The translations under genes and the position numbers were made by a program. The notes below the pieces were generated by a model, which was given only the letters and a program-made list of their open reading frames with translations, searched no databases and was not told the DNA's origin. A DNA stretch of 64,000 bases from Naegleria gruberi (Eukaryota): NCBI GenBank assembly GCA_000004985.1, contig GG738903.1. One strand, 5' to 3'. This document shows positions 22,006-35,347 of this stretch, piece after piece; the first letter of the stretch is position 1, and every line of letters begins with the position of its first letter.

Positions 22006-25000
22006 TTACTTCTTTTTTTTAAATTCTGCAAGTAAAGAATGCGAAAGAACATCCTGAGCTTGAGGCCTTGTTAAATTATCCTTTTCAAGCATGCTCAATA
22101 CTAAATCGATAATTTCGTTCGAATATCTTTCCACCAATGTCTTTCTCAGCATTTGCACAACTTCTTTCTCATCTCTATGTCCATACAATTCGGAGATTGA
22201 CGTGGTTATGTCTTTGGTCATGATCTGATACATAACTACTCCCAAACTAAAGATATCTGCATTAAAGTAGTGTTTGTATACAGACACTATTTCTGGAGAT
22301 GAAAAGATTGGATTTACTTTCGTTCCAAAAACTCCATATCCAAAATCTGAAATTAATGCATGAATATTATCGTTATCCAAACTCTTGATGAGTAAATTGG
22401 AATGTTTGATGTTTGCATGAATGCATTTTTCAACACAATGTGAATATTCCAAACCTGTACATATTTGAAAAATGATCTGTTTCACTAACTTTTCAGAAAC
22501 ATTAAAGTTTCGATTAGTCAACTTGCTGAAATCACCCATTTCGAAATAATCCATATCAATGCAAATCTTTTGATCTATTGTACTCACGAAAATCTCATTA
22601 ATTTTACAAATATTTGGATTGGTAGTATTCAGTAGATGAACGGCTTGATTAAGGAATTTGTTCACATCTTCCTCAGATTTGTATTTGACAATTTTGATTG
22701 CTTTTGAACAATTCTTGACAGAATCGATTACTTTAAAGACATTTCCACTTCCAATTCTTGCAATATTGGTATATCTCAAGTGAGGATTGAATTCAGCACT
22801 GATGAAGGCATTTTCTAATTGGAAACTGTAACCACTGCTTGGTTTTAAGTAATATGCTTGAGTTGGAAGATTATCATAGACTAATTCAATATCTCCAGAG
22901 TTGATAGTAGCAACATTGGAAAGAGTTTCCGTTCTTGGTTGTTTCTTTTTCATTCTCCAAACAATGCAAATCAAGAGAATGATAACAATAATGATAATTA
23001 GAATAACAACAAATGCAACTGGAACTGCAATAGCTGCTGCAAGAGCACCTGTATCCATTCCTTGTTGAGCATTATCAGGATTTCTGTTATTACTCAATTC
23101 GGAAATTGGTGAAGATGGTTCTGTAACTATTGGAGGAATTGCTGGGTTGATAATATATGGTAATTCTTGAATGGTGAATAAACTGAGGTGGGATACTTGA
23201 CATTCTAAATCAAAATATAACAAGTCTCCATTTCGTTTTGTTATAGTTACAGAGCTGCTAATTCCTGATTGAGACCAACTTTTCGAATTATCAAGAAAGA
23301 CGCAGGATGCATTGATACCAGTCTTGTTAGCTGTAACAAGTCCTTCAAATTTGAAAATAATAGGATCTGCCAGATTGTCAACCTTCACTCCATTTCCATT
23401 CTTGTCATAAATTGACAAATCCAAAGATGGCCTCACTGAAAGAATATTTCCATCATTGGTGTCATTGGTAATCATTGTTAAGGCATAGAAAATCATAGAT
23501 TTTGATCCTAAATTTTGAACTTGTTCTGAAAATTTGCTTGGGAAGGTAATTTTCACATTCAACAAATCTTTGGAAATGGAAACTGATTTGGAATTGAATT
23601 GTTTTTCAAGTTGAAGGATTTGAGTGGAGATTAATCCATCAGAGGAGGATTTTCCTGTGAGTTTGTAGTAATCTAAATGATACTTGGCTAATTCTCCTTG
23701 CTTTGTTGCGTTATTGGAAAAAGTGTTCGAAAGAATGGTCATTAAACTTGAAATTTCATCAAAGTTCTTTGAATCTAACAGAGTTTTGTAAACATTGGAG
23801 GAATAATAGGAACGTGCTTGATTCATAGAAGCGAATATCCAGTCCATCCACCAAACTATTTCAGAACTAGTTGAAACTGAGAACTTTTCTAATAGATTAA
23901 AGATAGTCGAAATTGAAGGCAGAATTAATTGAACAATCTTTTCATCAGCGTTGTAGCTTAATGAAGGAATATCTTTCAGAGCACTCAACATATCAATAAG
24001 AATGGAAACTGCTTCTCTCTTTGCATCTTGTGAGATTATTCTTTCGGCGACATTATTCAAAGTTTCGTCTTGAGTAATTAATGATATTAAGGCATTTACA
24101 GAATTAATTGTATCTACAGTCAGTGGTTTGGATTGTCTCAGTGCAGCAAATTCATTACTGACATAATTAATTCTAGAAAGAAGTGAATTATTCGAAATAT
24201 CAATTTTTTCTGGCAATAGAGATGGCAAGTTATTTCTAAATTCACTCACAGTTCCAAATTCATTGATCATTTTCACAACCAAAACTAAACTTTGTTGATT
24301 GAAGAATGGTAAGTGAGTCACAATTGTATTTTTCAAACTATTCGAAAGGACAAATAATCTTTCATTTTGTGAGTGAACTTCCATTACAATACTAGAAATG
24401 GAATCTTGTGGAAGTGTTAAACAACTAATAGAAACCAAAGTTTCATGAGCAATAATATCCCTTTCGTTTTTCACTGTTTCTAATAAACAAGTAAATCTTG
24501 GTTTCATATCGATTCTAGTAGAAAGTGTCAACTTGGAAGAGCCATCTGTATTTGTAGTTTCCAATTCAAATTCGTAAAATTCACCTTCAATAAGATATTC
24601 TTTTCCAATATTAAGGTAAACTTCTAGGGAGTTTCCAACAAGAATATTAGAAACTGTGAAAAGTTCAAGATTTGGAGAATTTCTCAATTTTCCATTCAAG
24701 ACTTTCCAATTCAAAGTAACTAAACTTTCAGATTCGACCACACAATATAACGAAAGATTCTTTCCTTCTGGATATACTGATGGAATGTAATCTGGTGTTA
24801 ACTTAGGAACAGAAGTGGCAGAGTTGACCAATTCAATGTAACCAAAATAGGAGAAGGTACTTTCCGCTGTCGTAACATTGGTTCCTATCAAATAGATACC
24901 TTCAAAGAATCCAAGAGAATTAAAATCCGTTTCTAATTGGCAAGATGTTCCTTGACATAAATTATTCGAAACATCCATAATTGACTTGTCTAAAGTTCTG

Positions 25001-28000
25001 TAACAATACCAAGAATAAGATTTTGTAATAGAAGAAACGAAAGGATCATCACTTTCTAATGCAATTGTTAACTTTCCTGAATTTAGAGAAATAGTTCTGT
25101 TAACATTAGTTAATCTCAAGTCAATTGAATTGATTGGTGACTTTTTGATAGGATAGTCGATATTTAGAGTTGATTTAGATTCCCTATGCGTACCTATTAC
25201 CTTAAAAGTTGACAAATTTTCTTGTGGAATTCTTATCATTTGCTTATTAGAAAGCTCTGTATTTATCATTCCAGATACATCATACGAAAGTGAAGTATTT
25301 AATGACAGAGGAGATACTTCAAATAAACAATTATATCCTTTACATTCAAGATTATCAATCAAAACATTAAAGGAAGGAATAAGTTGTCCTTCTGGGTTGA
25401 CTTGAAGATTTTTAACACTTGAAGTCGAAATATACTTCTCATTAGTCGTATTCATCACAATATCGAATACATTCGGAATATCTTTCAATATACTCTTTGG
25501 AATACTAATAACTGTCTTGTTTGCATAATTGACCAAGGTGGAAGAAACAGTTTCAATGGAGGAAGACCAAATTTGAGAAATTTTCTTGAAATGATGATAT
25601 GAAGGTGGAATGTATGATCTGATAATCAAGTCCTGAGAGGATGGAATCAAATCTACGAGTTGCTGAATGGATGGAGTGGAAGGAGTTTGAGGAATTTCAA
25701 AGTCAACTTGGAGTTGAATTCCAAATGTTGTCTTGATAATTGAACCAGTTTCAATTAGATGATTATATCCTAAATAAATCTTGAGATTATTTCTTCTCCA
25801 TTGACATTTAAGCAAGTCAACTTGACCAAATTTGGAAATATCATTTTCTTGAATGAAATTTTCACATCCTTCAACTACAGATTCATTCAAAAACATGTTC
25901 AATACATTAGAATAGGAATAAATTATAGCATTATCAACATCCATTTGAACACTGAGATATTGACATTCATTTCCAACGAAACCTTTCAAACATTCACAAT
26001 TGTTTGGAGATTTACATTGGCCATTACCTGAACATACATTTGAATCAATTTCTGACTTGGAATAGCAAACATTGTATTGACAGTTTCCTCCTGTGAATCC
26101 AGTTTTGCATGAGCATTCGTCTGGTTTCAGACATTTACCCTTTCCAGAACAAACACTTTCGTTATTCGAAAGAACTCCATTACATTTGGCCAGAGAACAT
26201 TCTAAACCGTTCCAACCATTATTACATGTGCAATTATTGTAACTAGAGCATTTGCCATGACCAGAGCAAACATTTGGCATGTCAAAAGTCAGAGAATAAC
26301 ATTTGATTTTGTCACATTTGTCTCCACCCCATTCTTCTGAGCAAGTACAAGTACCACTAGTTAAGCATTGATAACCATTTTGACAAATGCTCTTATTAAC
26401 CCTTGAACAATTGAAAATGTCACAATCCAAACCAAAATAACCCAATTGACATTCACAAACATCTGGAGATTGACATGTGCCAGAAGCAGAGCAAACAGAT
26501 TGATTCAAACTTGATACACCAAAACAATCAAATAAATCACATAAACTTCCTCCATATCCTGAATCACATTTACAAATAGCAATTCCAGTTTCGTTTAAAC
26601 AAGTTCCATTTACACATTGTAAAGTACATGGATTTGGAATTTCACAATTGTATCCATAGTGGCTTGATTTACATGCACAAGTGTCTTTGTCTGTACAATT
26701 ACCGTGACCAGAACAAACTGTAGAGTTGAGTGAATTCACTCCATAACAGTTGAATTTTTCACATTCTTTTCCATAGTAACCTTCTTGACATGTGCAGTTA
26801 TCAAGTGATGAGCAGATTCCTCTTGATGAACAAACTGAAAGTGAGTCTTGAGCCTTTCCATAACAATCAAATTTTTCACAATTTTGTCCATAGTAAGGTT
26901 TTGTACAATTACATGTATCGATATTGGAACAATTACCATGTGATGAACAAACATCCTTCTTATCATTTCTTACACTGAAACAATCATAATACTGACAACT
27001 TTCTCCATAGAAACCTTGTTGACAAGAACAATTATTCAATGAGAGACACACTCCTTTTCCAGAACACACATTCGAATTGAGTGAGCTAACATTATAGCAA
27101 TTAAACTTTTCACACTCTTTGCCATAATAACCTTCCTTGCATGTGCAGTTATCAAGAGAAGAGCAGATACCTCTTGCTGAACAAACATCTCCCATATCAT
27201 TTCTGATACTAAAACAATCATAATATTGGCATCTTTCTCCATAGAAACCTTGTTGACAGGTACAGTTATTCAGGGAGACACAAACTCCCTTTCCAGAACA
27301 AACAGTTGAGTTGAGTGAGGAAACATTATAGCAGTTGAATTTTTCACATTCTTTTCCATAATAACCTTCTTGACATGTACAATTATCAAGTGATGAGCAG
27401 ATTCCTCTTGAAGAACAAACTGAAAGTGAGTCTTGAGCCTTTCCATAACAATCAAATTTTTCACAATTTTGTCCATAATAAGGTTTTGTACAATTACAAG
27501 TGTCAATATTTGTGCAATTACCATGTGATGAACAAACATCTCTCTTATCTTTTCTAACACCATAGCAATCGAATAATTCACAATTGCTTCCATAAAACCC
27601 TTGTTGGCAGGTACAATTGTTAGCAGAAACGCAACTTCCTTTTCCTGAACAAACTGTAGAGTTGAGTGAATTCACTCCATAACAGTTGAATTTTTCACAT
27701 TCTTTTCCATAATATCCTTCTTGACATGTGCAGTTATCAAGTGATGAGCAGAATCCTCTTGAAGAACAAACTGAAATCGAATCTTGAGCCTTTCCATAAC
27801 AATCAAATTTTTCACAGTTTGTTCCATAGTAAGGTTTTGTACAATTACATGTATCGATATTGGAACAATTACCATGTGATGAACAAACATCCTTCTTATC
27901 ATTTCTTACACTGAAACAATCGTAATACTGACACTTTTCTCCATAGAAACCTTGTTGACATGTACAATTATTCAATGAGAGACAAACTCCCTTTCCTGAG

Positions 28001-29612
28001 CAAACATTCAAACTAGTGTTCTTGACACCAAAGCAAGAAACTAATTCACAGTTACTTCCATGATATCCTTCAGAGCATGAACAATTGTTAGGAGAAACAC
28101 ATCGACCTTTCGAATAGGAACAAACTTCTGGACTAGTGGCCAAAATATTCGAACATTTAGGAACGTTACAATTGGAACCACCATACATTTCGGTACAGTT
28201 ACAAACTCCAGGTGCTAGACAATTTCCATTTCCTGAACATACGCTTGGAGAATTTGCCAAAACATTTCCACATTTGTGAATGTCACAATTTTGACCTCCC
28301 CAAAAAGTTGAATTCCAACATGAGCAATTATTTGCATAGACACATGTACCAATTCCAGAACAAACACTAGTATCATTAGCCATTATATTATTACATTTAG
28401 GAATTTCACAAAATTCTCCTCCCCAAAGTGAACTATTGAAACAATTACAAATGTCAAAATTCAAACAAACACCTCTTCCAGAACAGACATCTCCACTATA
28501 TTGGGGATAACCGAAACATACAGCTACACATTCATTCATAGTAGCATTGTATACATAACCTCCTGTGCAATAAGGTTCAATTTTTCTAATACGGAGATTA
28601 CCAGTATCTTTTTCAAAGTATTCGAAATATAAATTCTTCACTACTACTTACCAAGAATAAAAATATGACCTTCTGAACTAACATCCACATCATAGGTATT
28701 ATTCATCTTTACCAAATCACTTCCAGGAGTTTTAGCAACGCCTGAAAATAATGAAATTGTAGCTAAATTTTGGGTACCAGTAGTTCCATAAGAAAATTTC
28801 ACAACACGAACAACATGATTTCCTCTGTCAGCAATGTAAAGATCCTTGTTGGGTCCATAAGCAACTCCAGTAGGTGCGTTATACAAGGCATTGAATGCAC
28901 TGCCATCGGCATAACCAGCAGACCCAACACCTAAATAGGAAGTAGCTCCAGAGCCTGTCCTAATTAAACGATGAGTACCTGGTTCAGCAAAAGTCATTTC
29001 AGTACTAGAAAAGGCTGCGACTCCAGCGGATAGAGAACCTTGTACAATAAGTTGCTGAGTAGAGATGAAATTATTAGCTTTCGTATACTTTCTAACTCTG
29101 TAATTCAATGAATCTGAAAAGTAAATATTGCCATTTGGAAGTGAGGTAACATATTTCGGCTGATTTAGGTATGCATTTGTAGGGAGGGTATTCAAATCAT
29201 TGGCAACACCAGAAACTCCACATTTTCCAATAATTGTTTTAATCTGTCCATTGCTTACTTCTCTAATGACATGATTTAAAGTGTCAGCAATCAATAACTT
29301 TCCTTCTGATGTAACACATATACCACCTGGATAATTCAGCATGGCACCTGTAGCTGTAGTATTAGTGTCGTTTCCAGCAATTCCAGTTCCTGCCACGATT
29401 GTTACTTTCAATGTTGTCAAATCTAATCTTTTCACAAGGTGGTTTTTGGAATCTGAAATGAAAAGTTCATTATTATTACCAACAGCAATTCCTTCAGGAG
29501 AGTTGAAACCTTGTAGGTAGATGTGAGTGATGTTGTACAGAGGTGCAATAGAGTTGACTAAACTCAAGTGCAATAGTATTAGAAACAAGACGAAAGTAAT
29601 GAGTCTTGCCAT
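22006..29612 (-). CDS. giant receptor-kinase-like protein: signal peptide–NHL repeats–about 25 EGF-like repeats–about 1000-aa extracellular region–TM–pseudokinase
   Basis: Two track ORFs, 28644..29612 (signal peptide plus NHL repeats) and 22006..28641, are joined by a 44-nt phase-1 intron 28608..28651 (GTAAGTAG…AAAAG). The join is in frame: …FILG|DTGNLRIRK…. CDS = complement(join(22006..28607,28652..29612)). The TM is ALAAAIAVPVAFVVILIIIIVIILLICIVW. In the C-terminal kinase-like domain the VAIK lysine and DFG are kept, but the catalytic loop reads HANIKHSN (Asp to Asn, about 22411..22419) and APE is SPE. Confidence 0.7.
26650..28000. repeat. intragenic tandem repeats: near-identical three-EGF blocks (units of about 348 and 588 bp, combined period 936 bp) inside the giant receptor gene
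   Basis: The protein block DCYGKAQDS(I/L)SVCSSRG(F/I)CSSLDNCTCQEGYYGKECEKFNCY…CQQGFYG…DVCSSHGNC(S/T)NIDTCNCTKPYYG(Q/T)NCEKF recurs at least four times. The track shows near-identical out-of-frame ORFs 936 bp apart (26736..26966 vs 27672..27902; 26790..26978 vs 27726..27914). Boundaries are approximate. Confidence 0.7.
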
Positions 29613-30250
29613 TTTTTCTTATTGTATCTTCAATATTTGTTAAACAAGGTTGCGTGATATTCAATGGAGATACTGTAGTACAACATTCTTTCAATTTTGA
29701 CATGTTTCGTGTTAAATCACATGGATATAAATTGCTCAATTTTAGTCCGTTACTGCATCATACTTTTGCTTGAATTGTACTTTGCGGATTAGCGTTTGTA
29801 ATCTTTTATGAATTGAGTGCCAATGGATTTCTCTCAAATTTCCATTTTTGAAAAATAACCGATTTGGCATCTGCTTGTCATGACAAGTATTTGTTACAGG
29901 CAACAAGAAGGATTGCGTTATTGGTTTTTCCTTGTTTCAATTTTTATAGACTCGCACTAATTAAGGATGATTCAGTGTGTCAAAGACAATTGACTATTTA
30001 ACCAAGTTGAAAAAAACAAGATGAGAAAAGAAAAGCATTCTTGATAAAGGTTGTAATCACTCTCAGGGAGGGAAAACGAACATTGAAGAAGGTAACCCTT
30101 TGCAATAATTGTGTTTATCTTCAAATTTTAACTGAGAACAAGTAGATGAGGGAATTTATGAATAATGAGTTTAATAATGAGTTTAAGAAGGTGAATGGAT
30201 AGTGGTAAATACTGGCACTAGGTTTTTTATTTGTAATCGTAAGTTTTCAA

Positions 30251-30801
30251 TTATTCTGCAGCAACAACTGGTGGAACTTCTTCAGCAACTGGTTGAACAG
30301 GTTCTTCGTTCTTGGTTCTCACAGCTAGAACCAATTCTTCATTCATTGCTCTTAAGCTATTAACTTCATCATTCAAACTTTTAATCTTGTTATCATTTTC
30401 TTTTAAAAAGTTGTTTTCAATCAAAGTATTCGAAATGGCTACAACTTACCTTTGAGCATTCTTTCAAACTTCTTCTCCAATAAGTAAACCTGTTCTTGAA
30501 GGAAATCTTGACTTGTAATTTCAGTCTTTTCCAATTTCAAACACTTGGTTCCAATGGTGAGTTCAATGACTCCTTGAGTTTCGTCTGAAATCTTGACTGA
30601 AACAAGTCCACTTACCAATTGAGTAAAAACCTTTGTATTGATGACTTCAAGAGGACAATTGCCATTCATATACTTGACAGAATTTTCAAAGTCAATCAAG
30701 AATACTTTTCCAGATTGTTGGGATGAGAAAGATTCATGATAGGCAAATCTGAATTTTGAGTTGTTGGATTCAAGGCAAGCATAGTGGGTTGGGGAAGACA
30801 T
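30251..30801 (-). CDS. hypothetical protein with a C-terminal coiled-coil (two exons)
   Basis: Exon 1 is 30450..30801, ending …FERMLK before GTAAGT. The 50-nt intron is 30400..30449. Exon 2 is 30251..30399, encoding ENDNKIKSLNDEVNSLRAMNEELVLAVRTKNEEPVQPVAEEVPPVVAAE*. The joint is in frame (phase 1). Confidence 0.5.
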
Positions 30802-31191
30802 TCTTATTTGGTTCGGGAAGTTGTGATGTGTCGGTTGTTGAGTTGAGTTTCTTTAGGATGGCGTTTGTTTTTTTACTATTATTTAACCAAAACGTGATAA
30901 ACACAACCTCCATTCTAAACCATTAGAAAGGTGCTTGAGTAAAGTAACAGAAACGTGCTTTCTAATAATAATTCATTAATAACATTGTTTTCAATAAACT
31001 TGTTATAATTTTCTCTTTGAATCAGAGATGAAAATCTGTTGAAACTCAACTAACTATTGTAAATATCACGTTTGAACCAAATATACTTATCACGTTTACT
31101 AATAATACAATTATTACAATAACTTCACGTTCCAGAAATCTTTAAATAAACAAACACCCATCGAAAGAAAACAAAACTCAACAACAAAAAA

Positions 31192-32055
31192 GTGTTTCAA
31201 ATTCCAAGAACTTACTACAATCCAAATGCAAGATCAGAAACTGAAGATCGTTTCATGAGACTTGGTCATCTAATTGACTGGCTCAGAATTCAAGTTCTTG
31301 CCCCTTCAAATGTTGGTAAAAGTAGTTTCATCATGACTATTCACTCTGCCATAAAGGGAATGAGAGAGAAACCAACAGGATTGGAAGTTAGAGTTTCAGG
31401 TGGAGCAGATCATACTACCATGAGTGTTAATAATTATCCACTTACTGAGAAGATCTCAATCAATGATATTTTTGGTTGGGATTTCAATTCAGATAATTTG
31501 CAAGTTGATCGTTTTAAATGTTTATTGGAAGGTATGCTTAAATTTGGTCAATCAAAGAATGATCCAAGTGTTAGTGAAAGTGATCTTTCGAGAGCAAGCA
31601 ATGCTGTATTATTAATGTTGACATTTGAAGATTGTTTCACACCTGGTTTCTTGGAAAAACTCAAAGTTTTGCACGACAGTGCCAGAGAAATGGGAAGAGT
31701 TGTTGCCTTTGCTATTACCAAATTGGATACTATTGCTGATGATACTAAAATTCAACAATTTAATGATTCAGTTGATCCAGAAACAGCTCAGAACTTTCTT
31801 TTAAATAGTTCTGCTTTTAAGAGATGTTCAGAAAGGATTCAACAAGTTATTAGCGGTCAAGCCTGCTGTTATCCACTTGTAAATTATCAGAATCATCAAC
31901 AGTCAACTATTAGAAAGTTGGATTATCTTGCTGGAAGTATTGTTGAGGGAATTTTGATTCAACTTGAAAGAGAAAGTATGTTGATTGATACCAGCTCTGA
32001 AATATTTGATCCATTCCAATTCGAAACCCCAATTAAAGCTGTAAAAATTAACTAA
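31192..32055 (+). CDS. P-loop GTPase (G1 motif VLAPSNVGKSSFI, G4 motif TKLD); possibly IRG/IIGP-like
   Basis: 287-aa ORF with Walker A GKS and the NKxD-type motif AITKLDT. The family assignment is inference. Upstream exons are possible. Confidence 0.45.
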   Translation: MFQIPRTYYNPNARSETEDRFMRLGHLIDWLRIQVLAPSNVGKSSFIMTIHSAIKGMREKPTGLEVRVSGGADHTTMSVNNYPLTEKISINDIFGWDFNSDNLQVDRFKCLLEGMLKFGQSKNDPSVSESDLSRASNAVLLMLTFEDCFTPGFLEKLKVLHDSAREMGRVVAFAITKLDTIADDTKIQQFNDSVDPETAQNFLLNSSAFKRCSERIQQVISGQACCYPLVNYQNHQQSTIRKLDYLAGSIVEGILIQLERESMLIDTSSEIFDPFQFETPIKAVKIN

Positions 32056-32147
32056 TTTCAATAAACTGTACTAACAATGAAATTGGATCAGTACTTGATT
32101 AATAGCTAATTGGAGCCACCACTTGTTTTATCAACACTTGCAGCAAT

Positions 32148-32927
32148 TTATTCCTTTGCACATTGAAGGTTTTCACACTTTCGTGGGACTCTCTTTTTCA
32201 TCTCATTGAAGGAAGATGAGTTTCGATCGATTAAAGGCTCAAAATTAAATGAAGAGTATTCCAAATCGGGTATTACATTATTTTCCTGTAATATTTTGTA
32301 AAGTTCCTTATTTGTTCTCCATATAATCTCAATTATCTTGCTTCTACTTTTCATACAAACCTCAAATACAGGATCATGGAGGTTGTCGTCTACTGTAGCT
32401 GAACTCTCTGATACATTTCCAGAAATGCAAAATACCACAAACTTGTGCTCTTGATATTCCACAGTATCATATGTGAATTGAATGTTTTCTTTTTGGTAAA
32501 TACTTCTGTACACAACAAGCATAAATTGTGGTTGTAATTTTGATGAACATCCCAAGCAAAACCCTTCTTCGTATTTAATATGATTGCTTTCTATAATTGA
32601 CGCTTGTTTTTTGGAAATTTTCTTAAATTTGGTATTAGAGGTGTTTACTATTTTGATCCATGTATTTTGTTTCATGTTTGTGAAGTATTCATCGTCATAA
32701 TATGTCTCCACTATTTTATATGTTTCCACAAAAGCAAAACCCAAATCAATAACTTTATCCACAACTTCTTTAATGTTTTGTGAGGTAAAGTGGTACTTTA
32801 CTTTGATGCTTTTATCTGTCAGGCTTGTTTTACCAGAAAGTAAGAAGTATGGGAATTTGTGAATCAACATAGTCGGAAAGTAAGAAGATTTTGTGATCTC
32901 CACCTCTTCTATTTGGTGTAGACTCAT
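32148..32927 (-). CDS. hypothetical protein (259 aa)
   Basis: Uninterrupted ORF with typical codon usage. No recognised motif. Confidence 0.4.
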   Translation of the reverse strand: MSLHQIEEVEITKSSYFPTMLIHKFPYFLLSGKTSLTDKSIKVKYHFTSQNIKEVVDKVIDLGFAFVETYKIVETYYDDEYFTNMKQNTWIKIVNTSNTKFKKISKKQASIIESNHIKYEEGFCLGCSSKLQPQFMLVVYRSIYQKENIQFTYDTVEYQEHKFVVFCISGNVSESSATVDDNLHDPVFEVCMKSRSKIIEIIWRTNKELYKILQENNVIPDLEYSSFNFEPLIDRNSSSFNEMKKRVPRKCENLQCAKE

Positions 32928-33331
32928 TTTTTTAAATTGAACAACAATTAAGCTACTCGTTGAACTAAAATATTGAGCTGCAAGGGCTGTTCCACCTTGA
33001 TAATGGCGATTAAGACTGGAGCCTGCCTTGGAAGGATCAAAATCTATAGTGAGCAGGTCCCGACCTATTAAAATTGTCTGTAATGTAACTTAACAATTGT
33101 TGAAATAAGGATAAACGTTTCCAAACGCAACAGTTAAGAACTTCTTCTTGTTGGTGTGGCTTTTTTACCTTGTGCAAATTACTTGAAGGAATCGATAAGG
33201 TTATGGGCGAATCATTAACATTGTTTCTCAATATTTAATACTCTTATTCTAAAACTAAAAGAATGCAAAACATTTAATATTAAAACAGATTCACAAAAAG
33301 AGCTTTCCTAATAATCAAACTTTTGAATACT

Positions 33332-34147
33332 TTATTCATCAAAGTAGCGCTCCCAATACAAAACTCGAATGGTTAACTCTTTCCAATTCTTTGAAAAATA
33401 AATTGCACCATCTCCATTTCTGTATTTTGAAAGATCAGTATTTCTCTTGTAAGGAAACATTTCGTATAAATCTCTAATCTCCATAAAAGGTTCTGAACCA
33501 CAAGATTTAAATTCCCAAAATAAATCCGATTCAAAATTACAAAATATAAATCTTTTCGAATTTGGGAAATAATTTGGAGTGTAAATGATTAATTCAGTAG
33601 GTTCTGAATATTGAATGATTGCAAATAAGCAACATAGTGGCATTTCGTCTATTTCTTTCTTATCTTTACTCCCAACACGAACTGTATCATTGAAATAGTC
33701 CAACTTTCGTCCATTTCTTCCAGAAAGAAATCCAATCAACAAGGAAATGAACGCAAATCTCGACAATTCTTCACAATACTCATATTTCTCAACAAATTTT
33801 CCAAATTCATCAGGCAAACGCATGACAATATCCTCCACAGGATTATGATACACTGTAGTTGGTGATTCTTCATCATCATAAACTTTAACGGATTTCATTA
33901 TTGGAAAGTAGAATAATTTTCTGAATAATTGATAATAGAATAAATTTGAAGTCGTTGAATTGTCGTCGAGATCTAGAGAGTCGAAATGGTATTGATGATT
34001 CCTCATGTAAATATTGCAAAATTGTTGCCAAATAGAATTAGTTAAACAAGAAGAATTCCACACGGAAGAAACTAAACGAAAGGGAAGCAAATCTCGAGGA
34101 GGTAAAAATTGAAGAATATTGCATAGCTCGTATGTTGTGGTGAACAT
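33332..34147 (-). CDS. F-box domain protein
   Basis: The N-terminus LCNILQFLPPRDLLPFRLVSSVWNSSC matches the F-box consensus (LPxEIL…DL…VCKxW). 271-aa ORF. Confidence 0.55.
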   Translation of the reverse strand: MFTTTYELCNILQFLPPRDLLPFRLVSSVWNSSCLTNSIWQQFCNIYMRNHQYHFDSLDLDDNSTTSNLFYYQLFRKLFYFPIMKSVKVYDDEESPTTVYHNPVEDIVMRLPDEFGKFVEKYEYCEELSRFAFISLLIGFLSGRNGRKLDYFNDTVRVGSKDKKEIDEMPLCCLFAIIQYSEPTELIIYTPNYFPNSKRFIFCNFESDLFWEFKSCGSEPFMEIRDLYEMFPYKRNTDLSKYRNGDGAIYFSKNWKELTIRVLYWERYFDE

Positions 34148-34428
34148 TTTTTTAAATTATGAAATTGATCCTTGACTTTTACAATTTAAATTAACAAATT
34201 ATGAAATTGCTCCTTGACTTTAAATTAACATGTTTTACACCCAACACACACAATGAACATGTTCATCTTGGTTCCTCTAATGGTCATGAATATCATATCT
34301 TTGATACTGCTGGTAAACCATTCGAAAAGGAATGGATGGAAATGATGTGAATCAAATTCAATAGGTAATGCATGAATTGCCAACAGGTGTAAACTTGTCA
34401 CTTTCTAAATGGATGAATTCAGAAATTG

Positions 34429-35347
34429 TTACAGAAAATGCAGTTGGATTTGTGTTTTGAGCGTTTCTCTTTTACCCTTAATAGCTTCCATTACAATTTC
34501 CTTGTCATTTCTAATTTCCTCTGAGGCGTATGCAAGTAAACTTGCATGGTTTTTAATTGCTATCATTGCCAACTGTCTGTCATTTCTTAATTCCTTTGAT
34601 ACATGTTTATAAACAATGTCAGCATGTCGGTTAATAGCTTCTGTTACAATTTCTCTGTCACCTCTTAGTTGTTTTGAGGCATATTCAAACATCCATCCAC
34701 ATTTCTTAACTAGTTCCATTACAAGTTCTCTATTATTTTTTATCTCAATAGATGCAAATTCAAAAGCACTCATGTTTTGTTTAATAGCTGCCAATACAAT
34801 TTCTTTGTCTCTTAAATAATGACATACATGTTGAAGTGCAAGGCCATTTTGCTTAACAGCTTCCATTGCTATTTCTTTGTCATGTTTATTAATGTAATTA
34901 TATTTTAGACTCTTTCCATTATTCTTAACGGCAAGAAGTACTATTTCTCTGTTATATTGTAATTGTTTTGATGCATATTGAAGTGGCAAATCCATCAGTC
35001 TGGACTGCTTTCATAATAATTTCTCTATCACTTATCAAATCATCAGGACAATATTTCAAAACATCAACATTGTACTTAATAGCCTCTAAAACAAGTTCTC
35101 TGTCTCTTTTCAGTTCTTCACTAACGTTTTCAAATACTATTATTGGAAATATATTTACAATCATCATGACAATAAACTTGTTATTCCATAAATTCAACAT
35201 TTTCATAACTTTAATAGCCAAATTAAACATTCTATTAGAATTATGTTGGAAGAGTTTTGAAATTAAATAAAAACCATGTTTCTTATAATCAAAGTTGTAA
35301 TGGTCATCACCAACAAGAACAACATCATCTTTCTGACTTTGTAACAC
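34429..35347 (-). CDS. DUF4116-repeat protein split by an apparent +1 frameshift (possible pseudogene or sequencing error); 5' end possibly in the assembly gap
   Basis: ORFs 34952..35347 and 34429..34995 both carry DUF4116 repeats (EELKRDRELVLEAIKYN…, EIVLLAVKNNGKSL…). They overlap in different frames. Removing one A near 34984 (within gccActt on the minus strand) gives a continuous repeat …KAVQTDGFA|LQYASKQLQYNREIV…. An upstream ORF (35383..35595) and then the N-gap at 35662 follow. Confidence 0.45.
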
